A stretch of 64,000 nt of DNA from Bacteroidota bacterium (lineage in GTDB: Bacteria > Bacteroidota > Bacteroidia > Palsa-965): NCBI GenBank assembly GCA_013298545.1, contig JAAFIA010000007.1, forward strand, positions 19,590 to 83,589, in the 5' to 3' direction. How positions within the stretch are numbered: the stretch's first letter is position 1; the number at the start of each line of letters is the position of its first letter. The notes beneath the pieces are model-generated. The model did no database searches. It was not told the origin of the DNA and saw only the letters and a list, made by a program, of their open reading frames with translations. Of the stretch, positions 9,279 to 18,582 are shown one piece after another. Both the position numbers and the translations under genes were made by a program.

Positions 9279-10196
9279 TTACCACTGATTGCCTTCTTTT
9301 TTGCCAACAGAAAATCCGCGTGTAATGTTGAAGCCTAACCGAATGCCGCCCTTCAAAGGATTGCCACGGGTGTATGGAATAAATTGTGCTTCGTTCATGG
9401 CAAATGCGTTGGTGAAGTGCATTTGAAAAACGTGACCGCCTGTTTCGAGATCGAGGCCGATGGCCATAGGATTGTAGAAGGAATCGAAATTGGCGCTGTA
9501 TTTATTGAGTCGCTGTGCGTACTCAAACGTAATGGCCATACGCTGCGTGAGTTTGATACGACCAGAAATGCCCGCAGCAAACATATCGTTCGAGTCTTCG
9601 ATGCGTTGTACCATGTTGTAGTGTATGTAAAAACCATTCAGTTGCAACGACACTTTGGAATTGAATTTACGCGCAAGCGTGAGTGTATGCACATACGACA
9701 AGCGTGAGGTAAAATATTGGTAAATATCGACACCGGTGGCTGCTTTGTTTGGATCGTTTTGCGAAGTGCAGTTCATCGTTGCTTGATAAGTCATCGACAA
9801 AGGCATTTTATTGTCGGTGGTTTGGCGCAAGATGCGGTATTTAAAACCGCCGTCGAATAATTTCTCGAACGAGCTTCGACCAATTGTTGCCATCAAGCGC
9901 GAATTGATGCCATAATTAAATCCGATGCGAATTGAAGCTGGACCATCCAATCCAAATAAATTTTGTGCGCCAGAATTAAATTCTCCAAAACGGTGACTGA
10001 TGTTAAAATCAAGTACACGTTCGCCAACCGTTTCGTTGGTTGGAAAATTGATTAAGTGGTGCGATTTAAATGTTGCCGATACATAATCGGGGCCATCGTC
10101 ATTTTGGCTATTCTCCGCAGCAAGCAAACTATCTAAGTTCTGAGCAGCAATGCCCGATGAATATGCAAGGAAGAAAAGGAGTAAAAATTTACGCAT
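9279..10196 (-). CDS. Hypothetical outer-membrane β-barrel protein with a signal peptide
   Basis: It starts MRKFLLLFFLAYSSGIAAQ. The alternating hydrophobic pattern is rich in G, N, F and Y, as in a porin. Confidence 0.45.
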   Translation of the reverse strand: MRKFLLLFFLAYSSGIAAQNLDSLLAAENSQNDDGPDYVSATFKSHHLINFPTNETVGERVLDFNISHRFGEFNSGAQNLFGLDGPASIRIGFNYGINSRLMATIGRSSFEKLFDGGFKYRILRQTTDNKMPLSMTYQATMNCTSQNDPNKAATGVDIYQYFTSRLSYVHTLTLARKFNSKVSLQLNGFYIHYNMVQRIEDSNDMFAAGISGRIKLTQRMAITFEYAQRLNKYSANFDSFYNPMAIGLDLETGGHVFQMHFTNAFAMNEAQFIPYTRGNPLKGGIRLGFNITRGFSVGKKEGNQW

Positions 10197-10217
10197 ACAA
10201 GAAGTATTGAAAGAGGA

Positions 10218-10598
10218 TTAATTATTGGGAGCACCAGCTTGAACCCATTTGCGAATCTGTGTCAACTGACAAGGCTGTAATTGAGGGTTGTTTGAAGGCA
10301 TTTGGCTAAATCCTGCCTGATGCTCAACAGCACCAACAAGTTGCCCACTTGCTGCAACGGCCTGTACTCCAGCATAGGTATCTAAGGTAACATTGCCCGA
10401 TGGCGATGCGGTAGAATGACACGAGAGGCAATGATTTTGCAAGACAACAGTAACGTGTCTTGAATACGAAATTGTACCAGCCGTATCGCATGAATTATTG
10501 AGCAGTAATTGCGGATATACTTCTTCGGCTTTGTCATAATAGCAGCCACTCAAAAGTGCGGTCGCAGCGAGTAGTGTAAAAAATGTTTTCATAAGCAT
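10218..10598 (-). CDS. Small lipoprotein with a CxxCH heme-binding-like motif (cytochrome-c-like)
   Basis: Lipobox LLSGC. The motif is LQNHCLSCHS. The C-terminus WVQAGAPNN is paralogous to that of the neighbouring gene. Confidence 0.45.
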   Translation of the reverse strand: MLMKTFFTLLAATALLSGCYYDKAEEVYPQLLLNNSCDTAGTISYSRHVTVVLQNHCLSCHSTASPSGNVTLDTYAGVQAVAASGQLVGAVEHQAGFSQMPSNNPQLQPCQLTQIRKWVQAGAPNN

Positions 10599-10600
10599 GA

Positions 10601-10975
10601 TTAGTTGTTTTTAGCCCCTTGTAAAATCCAAATTTTGATCAGCAGGATATTACGATCTGTAAGCGCAGGATAGGGCGCGCGCGGCATAAAATCGTCGCCA
10701 CCAACATCCGTTATTGCTTCATAGAGTTTGCTATCGTCAGCATTGCCTGCTTTTACTTTCGATAAAATATCGGTGTAGGTAATGAGTTCAAATTCGGAGG
10801 TATTTACTGTTCCATGACAACCCGAATGCTGACAATTGGCCTGAATAATCGGATAAATTTCATCTGTAAATGAAATTTGTCGTTCTGGCAATACGGTATC
10901 GTGCTTACACGCCGATTGTACAAGCATGAGTATAAGCATCATGAAGAATAAAGAAGATACGATTTTGATTTTCAT
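10601..10975 (-). CDS. Small lipoprotein, paralogue of the preceding gene, with an atypical Cx4CH motif
   Basis: Lipobox VQSAC. The motif is ANCQHSGCHG. The C-terminus is WILQGAKNN. Confidence 0.45.
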   Translation of the reverse strand: MKIKIVSSLFFMMLILMLVQSACKHDTVLPERQISFTDEIYPIIQANCQHSGCHGTVNTSEFELITYTDILSKVKAGNADDSKLYEAITDVGGDDFMPRAPYPALTDRNILLIKIWILQGAKNN

Positions 10976-11065
10976 AAAGATTAGCTTGATTAGAGGCTGG
11001 AATAAAACAAAAGTACTGTTTTTTGGACTGGGCTACCTGCACGAATTACGGTAATGCCTGTACAA

Positions 11066-12667
11066 TCACCAAACAATTTTTCGAGCAATGATAAAGACAA
11101 ACAATGACCCAAACAGGACAACCATCAACCACGCCAGATAATCGCCATAGCGGGTATAAAATGTTTCTCCTTGTGTGGAATAGATGCGTTGCTTGATAGC
11201 CGTCTCAACCCACCATGCCGTTGCTTGCTCAATATCGCCGCGCTGATTGATGAAACAAGAAATTCCAGTATTGGCCGAACGCGCAATGCTTTTACGCGTT
11301 TCTATCGCGCGAAGTCGTCCGTAACGCAAATGCTGCCGATAGCCAGGTGTATTGCCCCACCAACCATCATTCGTAATGATGAAAATAAAATCGGCACCCA
11401 GCCGCACATAATCGCCCACATAATCGCCGTAAATAGATTCGTAACAAATCACTGGGGCGATTTTCCCCTGCCCTTTTTTCGGCGCAACAAAAATTTCGCG
11501 ATCATCTTGCATGCCCAAGCTACCCGATGTTCCTCCCAAATCAATGGCAAAATTTTCGAGTGGTTTGAGAATTGCGGGGAAAGGCATTTTCTCTACACCC
11601 GGAACCAATTTCGATTTGTGGTAAATCTGCACTTCGGGCATGCTATCAATTTGCAAGGCCGTATTGTAACTATCAAACGAGCCGGGCATATTTTTAAACT
11701 TCCGCGCTGTTGCAGAAAGTTTATCGCCCTCTTCATAAATTTTTGCTGTGGATGCTCCTGTTACAATCTTAACACGTGGGTATTTTTTTTGAAAATCGCG
11801 AAGCATGCGCACACTTGTACTAAACTCCAACTGATGTTCCCAAATGTCTTCTACCAAAGCCGTTTCCGGCATCACCACATAATCTGTTGTCGAATCCATT
11901 TTACTTTCAGCCAATTTTAACATCACTTCCAATTGTCCCCGAAAATCGGAATTGAACTTCACATAAGGATCAATATTGGGCTGTACCACAACCACATTCA
12001 ATCCATACGTACGATTTGCCGTAACATCAAAACGCGAATATTGCACCAGCGAAATGACAATCGGAATAAAAAGCAACACCGCTGTTGTACTCCACCAAAC
12101 AAGGCGTTTCGGCCATTCACGCATCCAGGTATTGCGATTGCTCCAGCATTCAAAAAGCAAAACATTGATGAGCAAAACCCAAATACTTCCACCAAATGTG
12201 CCCGTGTATTCGTACCATTGAATGAGTGCAGGCGAATCGGCAAACCCATTTCCGAGTGTCAGCCAAGGCCAAGAAATATCCCAGTAATGATGCAAAAATT
12301 CAAAACTTACCCAGACCGGAATCAATGCAAATGATCCGATGCGTACAGGTAAAAAACGTTTGATTTTATGGAAAACCAAAAATGTCAAAGCCATGAGCAA
12401 ACTATTACTCACCATAGCCATCACAGAACCGCCAGCCGATGAAATCCAAACCCACCAAGTACAAACCACATTCCAGATCAAGAATGCCACAAATGCGTAC
12501 ATATAAAGATGTCGCGCACGCAAGCGATTGTCGGTACTCACAGTTTGCTGCATGAGCAACAGCGGAATAAACGCTACAAACAGTAATGGTGAAAATCCCC
12601 AATCGGGCCAAGCCGCACACAACAAGACTGACGAAACAAAAGACCACAAAAAAAGTTTCCCGCGCAT
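11066..12667 (-). CDS. lnt: Apolipoprotein N-acyltransferase
   Basis: 533 aa with a multi-TM N-terminal domain and a carbon-nitrogen hydrolase domain that includes the VICYESIYGDYV catalytic-Cys region. Confidence 0.85.
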   Translation of the reverse strand: MRGKLFLWSFVSSVLLCAAWPDWGFSPLLFVAFIPLLLMQQTVSTDNRLRARHLYMYAFVAFLIWNVVCTWWVWISSAGGSVMAMVSNSLLMALTFLVFHKIKRFLPVRIGSFALIPVWVSFEFLHHYWDISWPWLTLGNGFADSPALIQWYEYTGTFGGSIWVLLINVLLFECWSNRNTWMREWPKRLVWWSTTAVLLFIPIVISLVQYSRFDVTANRTYGLNVVVVQPNIDPYVKFNSDFRGQLEVMLKLAESKMDSTTDYVVMPETALVEDIWEHQLEFSTSVRMLRDFQKKYPRVKIVTGASTAKIYEEGDKLSATARKFKNMPGSFDSYNTALQIDSMPEVQIYHKSKLVPGVEKMPFPAILKPLENFAIDLGGTSGSLGMQDDREIFVAPKKGQGKIAPVICYESIYGDYVGDYVRLGADFIFIITNDGWWGNTPGYRQHLRYGRLRAIETRKSIARSANTGISCFINQRGDIEQATAWWVETAIKQRIYSTQGETFYTRYGDYLAWLMVVLFGSLFVFIIARKIVW

Positions 12668-12694
12668 ACGCTTGTAAAGATAATTAATAAGTGT

Positions 12695-12940
12695 AATTAG
12701 AAAGTTTTGAATTTTGAAATTGGCGAATTTGAAATTAGTGAATTAGCAAATTGGCGAATTGATGAATTTGTTAATTCACCAATTCGCCAACAAAAAAGGG
12801 GCCTTGAGCGCGAGGAAAAAATTTACCAATTACGCGCAAGCATGCGCGAGGGAAAAATTCGCCAATTGCGCGCAGGCATGTGCGAGGGAAAATTCACCAA
12901 TTCGCCAATTGCGCGCAGGTACCTGCGAGGGAATATTATT
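12695..12940. repeat. Repeat-dense intergenic region: multiple AATTCGCCAATT / AATTGGCGAATT boxes in both orientations plus about 3.5 tandem copies of a 36-bp unit
   Basis: The tandem unit is aattcgccaattgcgcgcaggcatgtgcgagggaaa. The hairpin ttggcgaattg...caattcgccaa has an 11-bp stem. The units are contiguous with no unique spacers, so this is not a CRISPR array. Confidence 0.6.
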
Positions 12941-13457
12941 CCATATCACCAAGATCAATTTCTGTTAATGCTGCATCAACAAAATCTTCGTCTTTTTGTG
13001 AGTAGCCGGGCATATTTTCGTTCAAATCTTTATCTAAATCAGCATCCGAAACGGGATTATCATTCATAATGGCTTCGTCATCTTTGTCAAATGCTGTTCC
13101 TTCGGGAGCTTGACCTTTGTTTGCTTGAATGGCAAGTATGGCGAAATGGCGGGCGCGGCGGGCTTGGTGCATGGCGCGTAAAAATTTACCTTCCAAGAAC
13201 AGGCGACGTGCGAAGCGTTGATGTGCGACAGCGCGGGCAAGATTGCCGGTGTAAACTTTGTTTTGTTTCACCATCTTTTGTGCGTGGCGGATGACAATGG
13301 CGGTGCGGCGGATGACGCGGCGGGCGTGTATTTTATCGGCTTGGCGTTTATGGGCTTGTGCGCGGGCCGCGCGGGGGCCACGTTGTGCAGCAGATTCGGT
13401 TGGCGTGAATAGACCTGCCAACAAGAAAAGGACGAGGAGAAAACGTGCAATGCTCAT
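12936..13457 (-). CDS. Hypothetical secreted protein, N-terminal half Arg-rich and C-terminal tail acidic
   Basis: Signal peptide MSIARFLLVLFLLAGLFTPTESAAQ. It lies immediately downstream of the porU-like gene on the same strand. Confidence 0.4.
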   Translation of the reverse strand: MSIARFLLVLFLLAGLFTPTESAAQRGPRAARAQAHKRQADKIHARRVIRRTAIVIRHAQKMVKQNKVYTGNLARAVAHQRFARRLFLEGKFLRAMHQARRARHFAILAIQANKGQAPEGTAFDKDDEAIMNDNPVSDADLDKDLNENMPGYSQKDEDFVDAALTEIDLGDME

Positions 13458-13524
13458 GATAAAATGTGTTTGGTTTGAACTGATAGACGAAAGAAAAAAC
13501 CAAAGGTTTAACCAACACGAAATT

Positions 13525-16500
13525 TTAACGCATCAAGTACATCTTCCCAACTCCTTGTGTGATGTATGTATCTGCCCCACTTTCCCGATGCTCAATTTCC
13601 GAATCATTCAAGCGTGTAATGATGCGGTACAAATACACCCCATTCGCCAATGGATCGCCAAACTCATCGCGGCCATCCCAAGCATATTCCGTAATGTTCC
13701 GACCAATGTGCATCGGACCAAGTTCGTCCTGATCAATCTCACGCACCACTTTTCCGGTAATCGTCATGATCTGAATCGTAAAAATCTGCGGCACTTCCGA
13801 ACCTGTCAACGTAAACACAAATTTCGTTGAGGAGGTAAACGGATTGGGATAATTCAACACATTCGTAATGCTCGGTTTATTGACCACTTCAAACTGAATT
13901 TTATAATCTAAAAACCCAGAATTGTTATTGCTTCTATCTTTTGCCTGAATAATCAATTCATACACCCCATCTTCTGTCAGCAAAGGCGAAAGGAAAATTT
14001 TGCAACTGTTGTTTGGCAATACCGCTGGCGTAAATTGCATCACACTTCCCCAAGGCACGACTTGCGCTGTTTGTTGCGAAGGTGCGCGCATAAAAATTCG
14101 GAAATCGGCCGTATCATTTAGTGCCAAGAACTGATTCTCATCTTTCAATTGAATCAGAATTTGCGGACGGGCCGATACAATATCGCCATTCAAAATATGC
14201 ACACCATCAAACGTTACATCCATGAGCGGATTGATACGATCCGTTCCAATGTAAAAAGGCAATTTCAACACATTGTTGAAATGATATTGTTCCAATTGCG
14301 ATTTCGGTTTTCCAATCGGATTCACTTCCAGCCACAATTCATTTTCTCCGGCAAAACCTGTTGTACTCACCACCAGCGAATCGATAAACGATGCGCCAGC
14401 AGCAAATGGCGGAACACGCAATTGATCGGGCAAATTATGCACCACACGGTTTGCATCAACGATCCAATACGAAATCAACAAACTATCTGTAAACGAATAA
14501 TCGCTCACGTTCTTTACACCAAGTGTTAACCGCAACGAATCGCCTTCTTGCAATGTATCGTTATAAAACGAAAAGGCAAGTGGCGGATGCAAAGCTGCTT
14601 CTGGAACGGGCGCATACAAAACCTGCCAACGATCCATTTGTGGCGGTGTTCGGCTCGTATCGTCTTTCATGCGTGCTAGCAATTGTAAATACGGATATTG
14701 TTGCGCGTTGGCATACGCACTCAAGTTCAACACATCGATCGAATCTTCTGGAAATGTGTGCAGCAAAACAGGCAATGCACTCATCGACGTATATCCCAAA
14801 ACCTGCAATTCCACCTCATCGCCATCGGGCTGCTCAACCGCCGTTTGTCGCCAATGCAGCGAACCCCATGTTTGTGCCGGACCAATCAAGGTTGATCGAA
14901 TATAACCGTCGTTCCAATTGGTTATCAACGAATCGTTGAGGTAAATAATATCGGTCTGACTTGTTCCAACAACTTCATGCGCAGTTCCCATTGCACCGCC
15001 TTGCGTACCGAAAATAATGAACGATGTGGTATCTGAAATATTCCGAATCTGGTTGCTGCCAATATTTTCAATCGCGTTGTATAGCGCGTTTTCATAACGC
15101 GGTGCATTGTGGTAATGTTGACTGTAAATAAGCACTTTGTAACCCGCAGGAATACTATTCAAAAAAGCAGTCATCGAAGGCCGCCATGTCGAATCGACAT
15201 CGACAAAATCATAAGCATAAAGCGTTTGATTGGTAACGCAAATGGCATTTCCATTTGGACCAAGATGCACAATGGTATCGCTAAACGACCAAGCATTTCC
15301 ACTTACCGGATCAAATACGGCGATGGAAACACCGGGCAAGCCATACAAGCCCAAACCGCAACTAAAAATATGCTGTGTTGCTCCATTTATTTTGTACCAT
15401 ACTTCATTCCAAGGAACAGCAACACCATACAAACCATTTTTTACTTGAAGCGTTTTTATATCGTTTACAAATTCAAAATTTCGTTGCAGACGGTTGTAGG
15501 TAACATATTGATAATCGTCGTTTTTGAATTGGAAGAAATGCGCTTGACTCCAACCGGTTTTTCCAACAATGTATTGAAACGATGTTTCGCGCCACACCAA
15601 ACGATCAGATGGCGAAACCGAATCAGGACTAACACGCCAAAAATAAACCGTACTGTCTGTGAAGGTAACGGGAGGTTTCCACGATACCACACCGCCTGGC
15701 GCAGTAACGAGTGTAGTTTGCAAAAATGGACTGTTGAACAAATCGGTTGTATCCATTTCAAAACGATACGTGCGGATCGGTTCGAGCGGATCGGCTGTCG
15801 AGGCTTTTAACGTTACCGTGTCGGTTGGAATAACCGCATATTCATACGGCCAAATCGGAACAAGCGATTTACCATTGATGAGCAAATCAATATCGGGAAT
15901 TGTGGTGTTGTTCGTTTCCAACAACTCTGGAATTTGTCCGTAAAAATCGAGCGAAATGCGAATGCGATTCAACCCAATGCCGCGCTGAAAATCGACTGGA
16001 ATACGAAACGCTAACGTATCGCGGAATGTGGGTGTAGGCACTTGCAAGAAAACAGTCGATGTATCGCCATTCGGGAAACGGCGCGCCAATTGCACAATGA
16101 TGGTATCGTTAATCGCACGTCCAAGGTTTGTAATTTTTGCATAAACCGTAATCGTATCCAAATCGCTTGTTTGATCAAACCACACATCCGAATTCTGGAT
16201 TGCGTAATCTGGCTTTTCATGTGCATTAATCACAACTGACGGATCGCCATGCAAGGTCATTTCCAAACACGTTGATTTTATTTGAATCGAATACGGCAAG
16301 GCATTTTGTGTGCGGTAAACCGTTTGCTGAATACACGATCCCGCAGATTGGCCGTAATTGGTTTGCCCAATCGCTTCATACAGTCGGAACGTATATTGAT
16401 CGAGATAACCAGAAAGCCCAACGCCCACAGAAGCCACATAGCCAATCACCCCTTTATCTTGGATCAAGACAAACGACTCGCTCGAACTGATTCCGGGCGA

Positions 16501-18522
16501 ATGTAAATCGCCTGCGTAGCACGAATTGGCAATCAAAAACGGATAATGATCTTGATTGTTATACGTCGAAGGATCGTCGATACTTTGATCAAAACCAGTT
16601 CCAGAAGCATGCCCAAAAAATGTCATGATCGAAACACCGGCTTCAATGCGTTGGCGCAACGAATCGGATTGATTGATTTGAATGGGTGCGCTGCTCGTTT
16701 TTAAAAATGTTTGTACTGTTCCACCAAAAAGTGTGTCTTCGATAATGCGCTCGTAATTGCTCAAGTAGCTTGCAAAAACCGCTTGTTCGCCACTTCCAGT
16801 TCCGCCGCCAAAATGTAAGACATACTTCATCCATTCTTCCGCCGTATTGTTTTCATAATCGCGCACCTTATCCAAATACCAATTTGCTTGAACCGTATCG
16901 GGCGCGGCAATACGCCCTGTTGCAATGGCTGGTTCCCAAAGCGTTCCATTGAGTCCGGCAGTGAGCGCGTTATCACTCGGCGGATAGCCATAAGAAGGCA
17001 CAAGCGATAAATTGTAATAGGTGGAACTACGCGCATACTCGCCATAAATGGATTTGCCCAGCAACAATAAATACTTCGGTTTCGATGGCGATTGCTGAAT
17101 GAGGTAATCAGCAAAACGACGAATGCCTAACGGATTTTTTCCAATGCCATGCGCAAACTGATCGTACAATTCAGACACATCGGCAAGTACCACATGATGC
17201 GCACCACCAGCCGCACTTTGCCGGTACTGCTGATAATCGAGGGCCGATGACCATAATTTGCGATGTGTAAGAATCACAAAAGAAGAATCGCCAAGTAGCG
17301 TAGAGAAATCAGTGAATACACCTGTGCCATTGACAGGAACGAGTTGCGTAATATTTTGAACCGACGATTCAGCAGCCATGACAAACGATTTCTCCGAACC
17401 ATTTCCGTTTGGTACAAGTGCTTTGTACACGCCATTTGCAAAAACAGCGTCGATGCGTTTGTGGTTGAAAAAATCATACACCCGCACAGGCGAATTGCCA
17501 GCATTGATGTTTGAAATCTCTAACAAAGATTTTGGCGCATTTTGATTGTCTGGAAGCGATCCCGCAAACCACGAACGCCCTTCCAAATCAAACGTATGCG
17601 GATAACGAATATCAATATAAGCAATGGCAGTCAATCCCGAAGAAATAGACGCATTGTTATTCAAACTAGAAACGGTGAATGTGGTTGAAGAACCGAGTGC
17701 AGCAGCCGGATTGATAAAACTATAATAACCCGTTTTATAGCCATCATACGAAGTATCGAGTTGCGTAGAACCAAACTGAATGCGAATAAAATTATCATCG
17801 CCCAGCGAAGAAAAATCATTTGATTGACTGGCTACTTTCATCGTAATGCGCGCATCAGGCCCGCCTGCGTATGCGTTGCGCGTATTGAGGGCACGACCAA
17901 TGCTTCCGCCGTAACCGATTGGTTGATCCATAAATCCTTCGGTAGGAATAAACATGGGATCGGTAATTCCAAACGCATCACTTTCGCCATTGAAGTATTG
18001 GTAACGACCACTAAAAAATTCGAGGTTGGTAAAAAAAGGTGTAGGCGAATACGTTGAGAATGCGGTATCGTTATCTACAAGCAAACGACGGTTGGTGAGA
18101 GACGTATTCCATGTTAGAAAATAAACTGCCGTATCGTTGTACAAACTCATGTACGGATTGGGCTGATTGGCGGCACCTGCGTATTGCAAAGAGTCTAAAT
18201 AGCCATCGTTGCTTCGTGCAAAAAACTCGATGAAGTCGCCGGAATTAAATGTACCGTCGGTTTCGCCAGAAACATAAATGTAATTTTCTTCGCCCCGTGC
18301 AAAGAGTTGAAAATTCCGCGGATCAATGCTTGCGAGCGAAGCACCTACCGAGGCAAGCGAATTGGCAAGCGTGGCCGAATCGAGGCGATACAAGCCATCT
18401 TGCGTGATTTTAATTTTGAGGTATTTCTGGGCATAAACAATCCACTCATTCCCAAACGTCTGTGCATTTAGACGTGGAGTAAGCAAAAGCAACAAAACAA
18501 AAATTCGTAGCAATGAACGCAT
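13525..18522 (-). CDS. porU: PorU-like T9SS C-terminal signal peptidase / sortase (peptidase family C25, gingipain-like), unusually long
   Basis: Signal peptide. The His–Cys dyad region reads FFGHASGTGF...ANSCYAGDLH, with the Cys near residue 680–690 as I recall for PorU. The C-terminus has a β-sandwich CTD-like tail. The gene is adjacent to a PorV-like gene. A start at 18558 instead of 18522 is possible. Confidence 0.55.
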   Translation of the reverse strand: MRSLLRIFVLLLLLTPRLNAQTFGNEWIVYAQKYLKIKITQDGLYRLDSATLANSLASVGASLASIDPRNFQLFARGEENYIYVSGETDGTFNSGDFIEFFARSNDGYLDSLQYAGAANQPNPYMSLYNDTAVYFLTWNTSLTNRRLLVDNDTAFSTYSPTPFFTNLEFFSGRYQYFNGESDAFGITDPMFIPTEGFMDQPIGYGGSIGRALNTRNAYAGGPDARITMKVASQSNDFSSLGDDNFIRIQFGSTQLDTSYDGYKTGYYSFINPAAALGSSTTFTVSSLNNNASISSGLTAIAYIDIRYPHTFDLEGRSWFAGSLPDNQNAPKSLLEISNINAGNSPVRVYDFFNHKRIDAVFANGVYKALVPNGNGSEKSFVMAAESSVQNITQLVPVNGTGVFTDFSTLLGDSSFVILTHRKLWSSALDYQQYRQSAAGGAHHVVLADVSELYDQFAHGIGKNPLGIRRFADYLIQQSPSKPKYLLLLGKSIYGEYARSSTYYNLSLVPSYGYPPSDNALTAGLNGTLWEPAIATGRIAAPDTVQANWYLDKVRDYENNTAEEWMKYVLHFGGGTGSGEQAVFASYLSNYERIIEDTLFGGTVQTFLKTSSAPIQINQSDSLRQRIEAGVSIMTFFGHASGTGFDQSIDDPSTYNNQDHYPFLIANSCYAGDLHSPGISSSESFVLIQDKGVIGYVASVGVGLSGYLDQYTFRLYEAIGQTNYGQSAGSCIQQTVYRTQNALPYSIQIKSTCLEMTLHGDPSVVINAHEKPDYAIQNSDVWFDQTSDLDTITVYAKITNLGRAINDTIIVQLARRFPNGDTSTVFLQVPTPTFRDTLAFRIPVDFQRGIGLNRIRISLDFYGQIPELLETNNTTIPDIDLLINGKSLVPIWPYEYAVIPTDTVTLKASTADPLEPIRTYRFEMDTTDLFNSPFLQTTLVTAPGGVVSWKPPVTFTDSTVYFWRVSPDSVSPSDRLVWRETSFQYIVGKTGWSQAHFFQFKNDDYQYVTYNRLQRNFEFVNDIKTLQVKNGLYGVAVPWNEVWYKINGATQHIFSCGLGLYGLPGVSIAVFDPVSGNAWSFSDTIVHLGPNGNAICVTNQTLYAYDFVDVDSTWRPSMTAFLNSIPAGYKVLIYSQHYHNAPRYENALYNAIENIGSNQIRNISDTTSFIIFGTQGGAMGTAHEVVGTSQTDIIYLNDSLITNWNDGYIRSTLIGPAQTWGSLHWRQTAVEQPDGDEVELQVLGYTSMSALPVLLHTFPEDSIDVLNLSAYANAQQYPYLQLLARMKDDTSRTPPQMDRWQVLYAPVPEAALHPPLAFSFYNDTLQEGDSLRLTLGVKNVSDYSFTDSLLISYWIVDANRVVHNLPDQLRVPPFAAGASFIDSLVVSTTGFAGENELWLEVNPIGKPKSQLEQYHFNNVLKLPFYIGTDRINPLMDVTFDGVHILNGDIVSARPQILIQLKDENQFLALNDTADFRIFMRAPSQQTAQVVPWGSVMQFTPAVLPNNSCKIFLSPLLTEDGVYELIIQAKDRSNNNSGFLDYKIQFEVVNKPSITNVLNYPNPFTSSTKFVFTLTGSEVPQIFTIQIMTITGKVVREIDQDELGPMHIGRNITEYAWDGRDEFGDPLANGVYLYRIITRLNDSEIEHRESGADTYITQGVGKMYLMR

Positions 18523-18582
18523 GCACGTTTGTTTTGAGCCTCGCTTCGCCTTTGCCAAGTGTCATTGGCATGGGTCGGACGA

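Noticed and set aside
11171-11920. 249-aa plus-strand ORF antisense to lnt
   Set aside because: It lies wholly within the well-supported lnt reading frame on the opposite strand and has Cys/Arg-rich nonsense composition.
12781-12935. Possible CRISPR array suggested by the tandem 36-bp repeats
   Set aside because: The repeat units are directly adjacent with no unique spacers and no cas genes nearby. This is a tandem repeat or palindrome field, not a CRISPR array.
15109-15810. 233-aa plus-strand ORF, among several other plus-strand ORFs, inside the porU-like gene
   Set aside because: It is antisense to a 1677-aa ORF with clear protease motifs and has no independent support.
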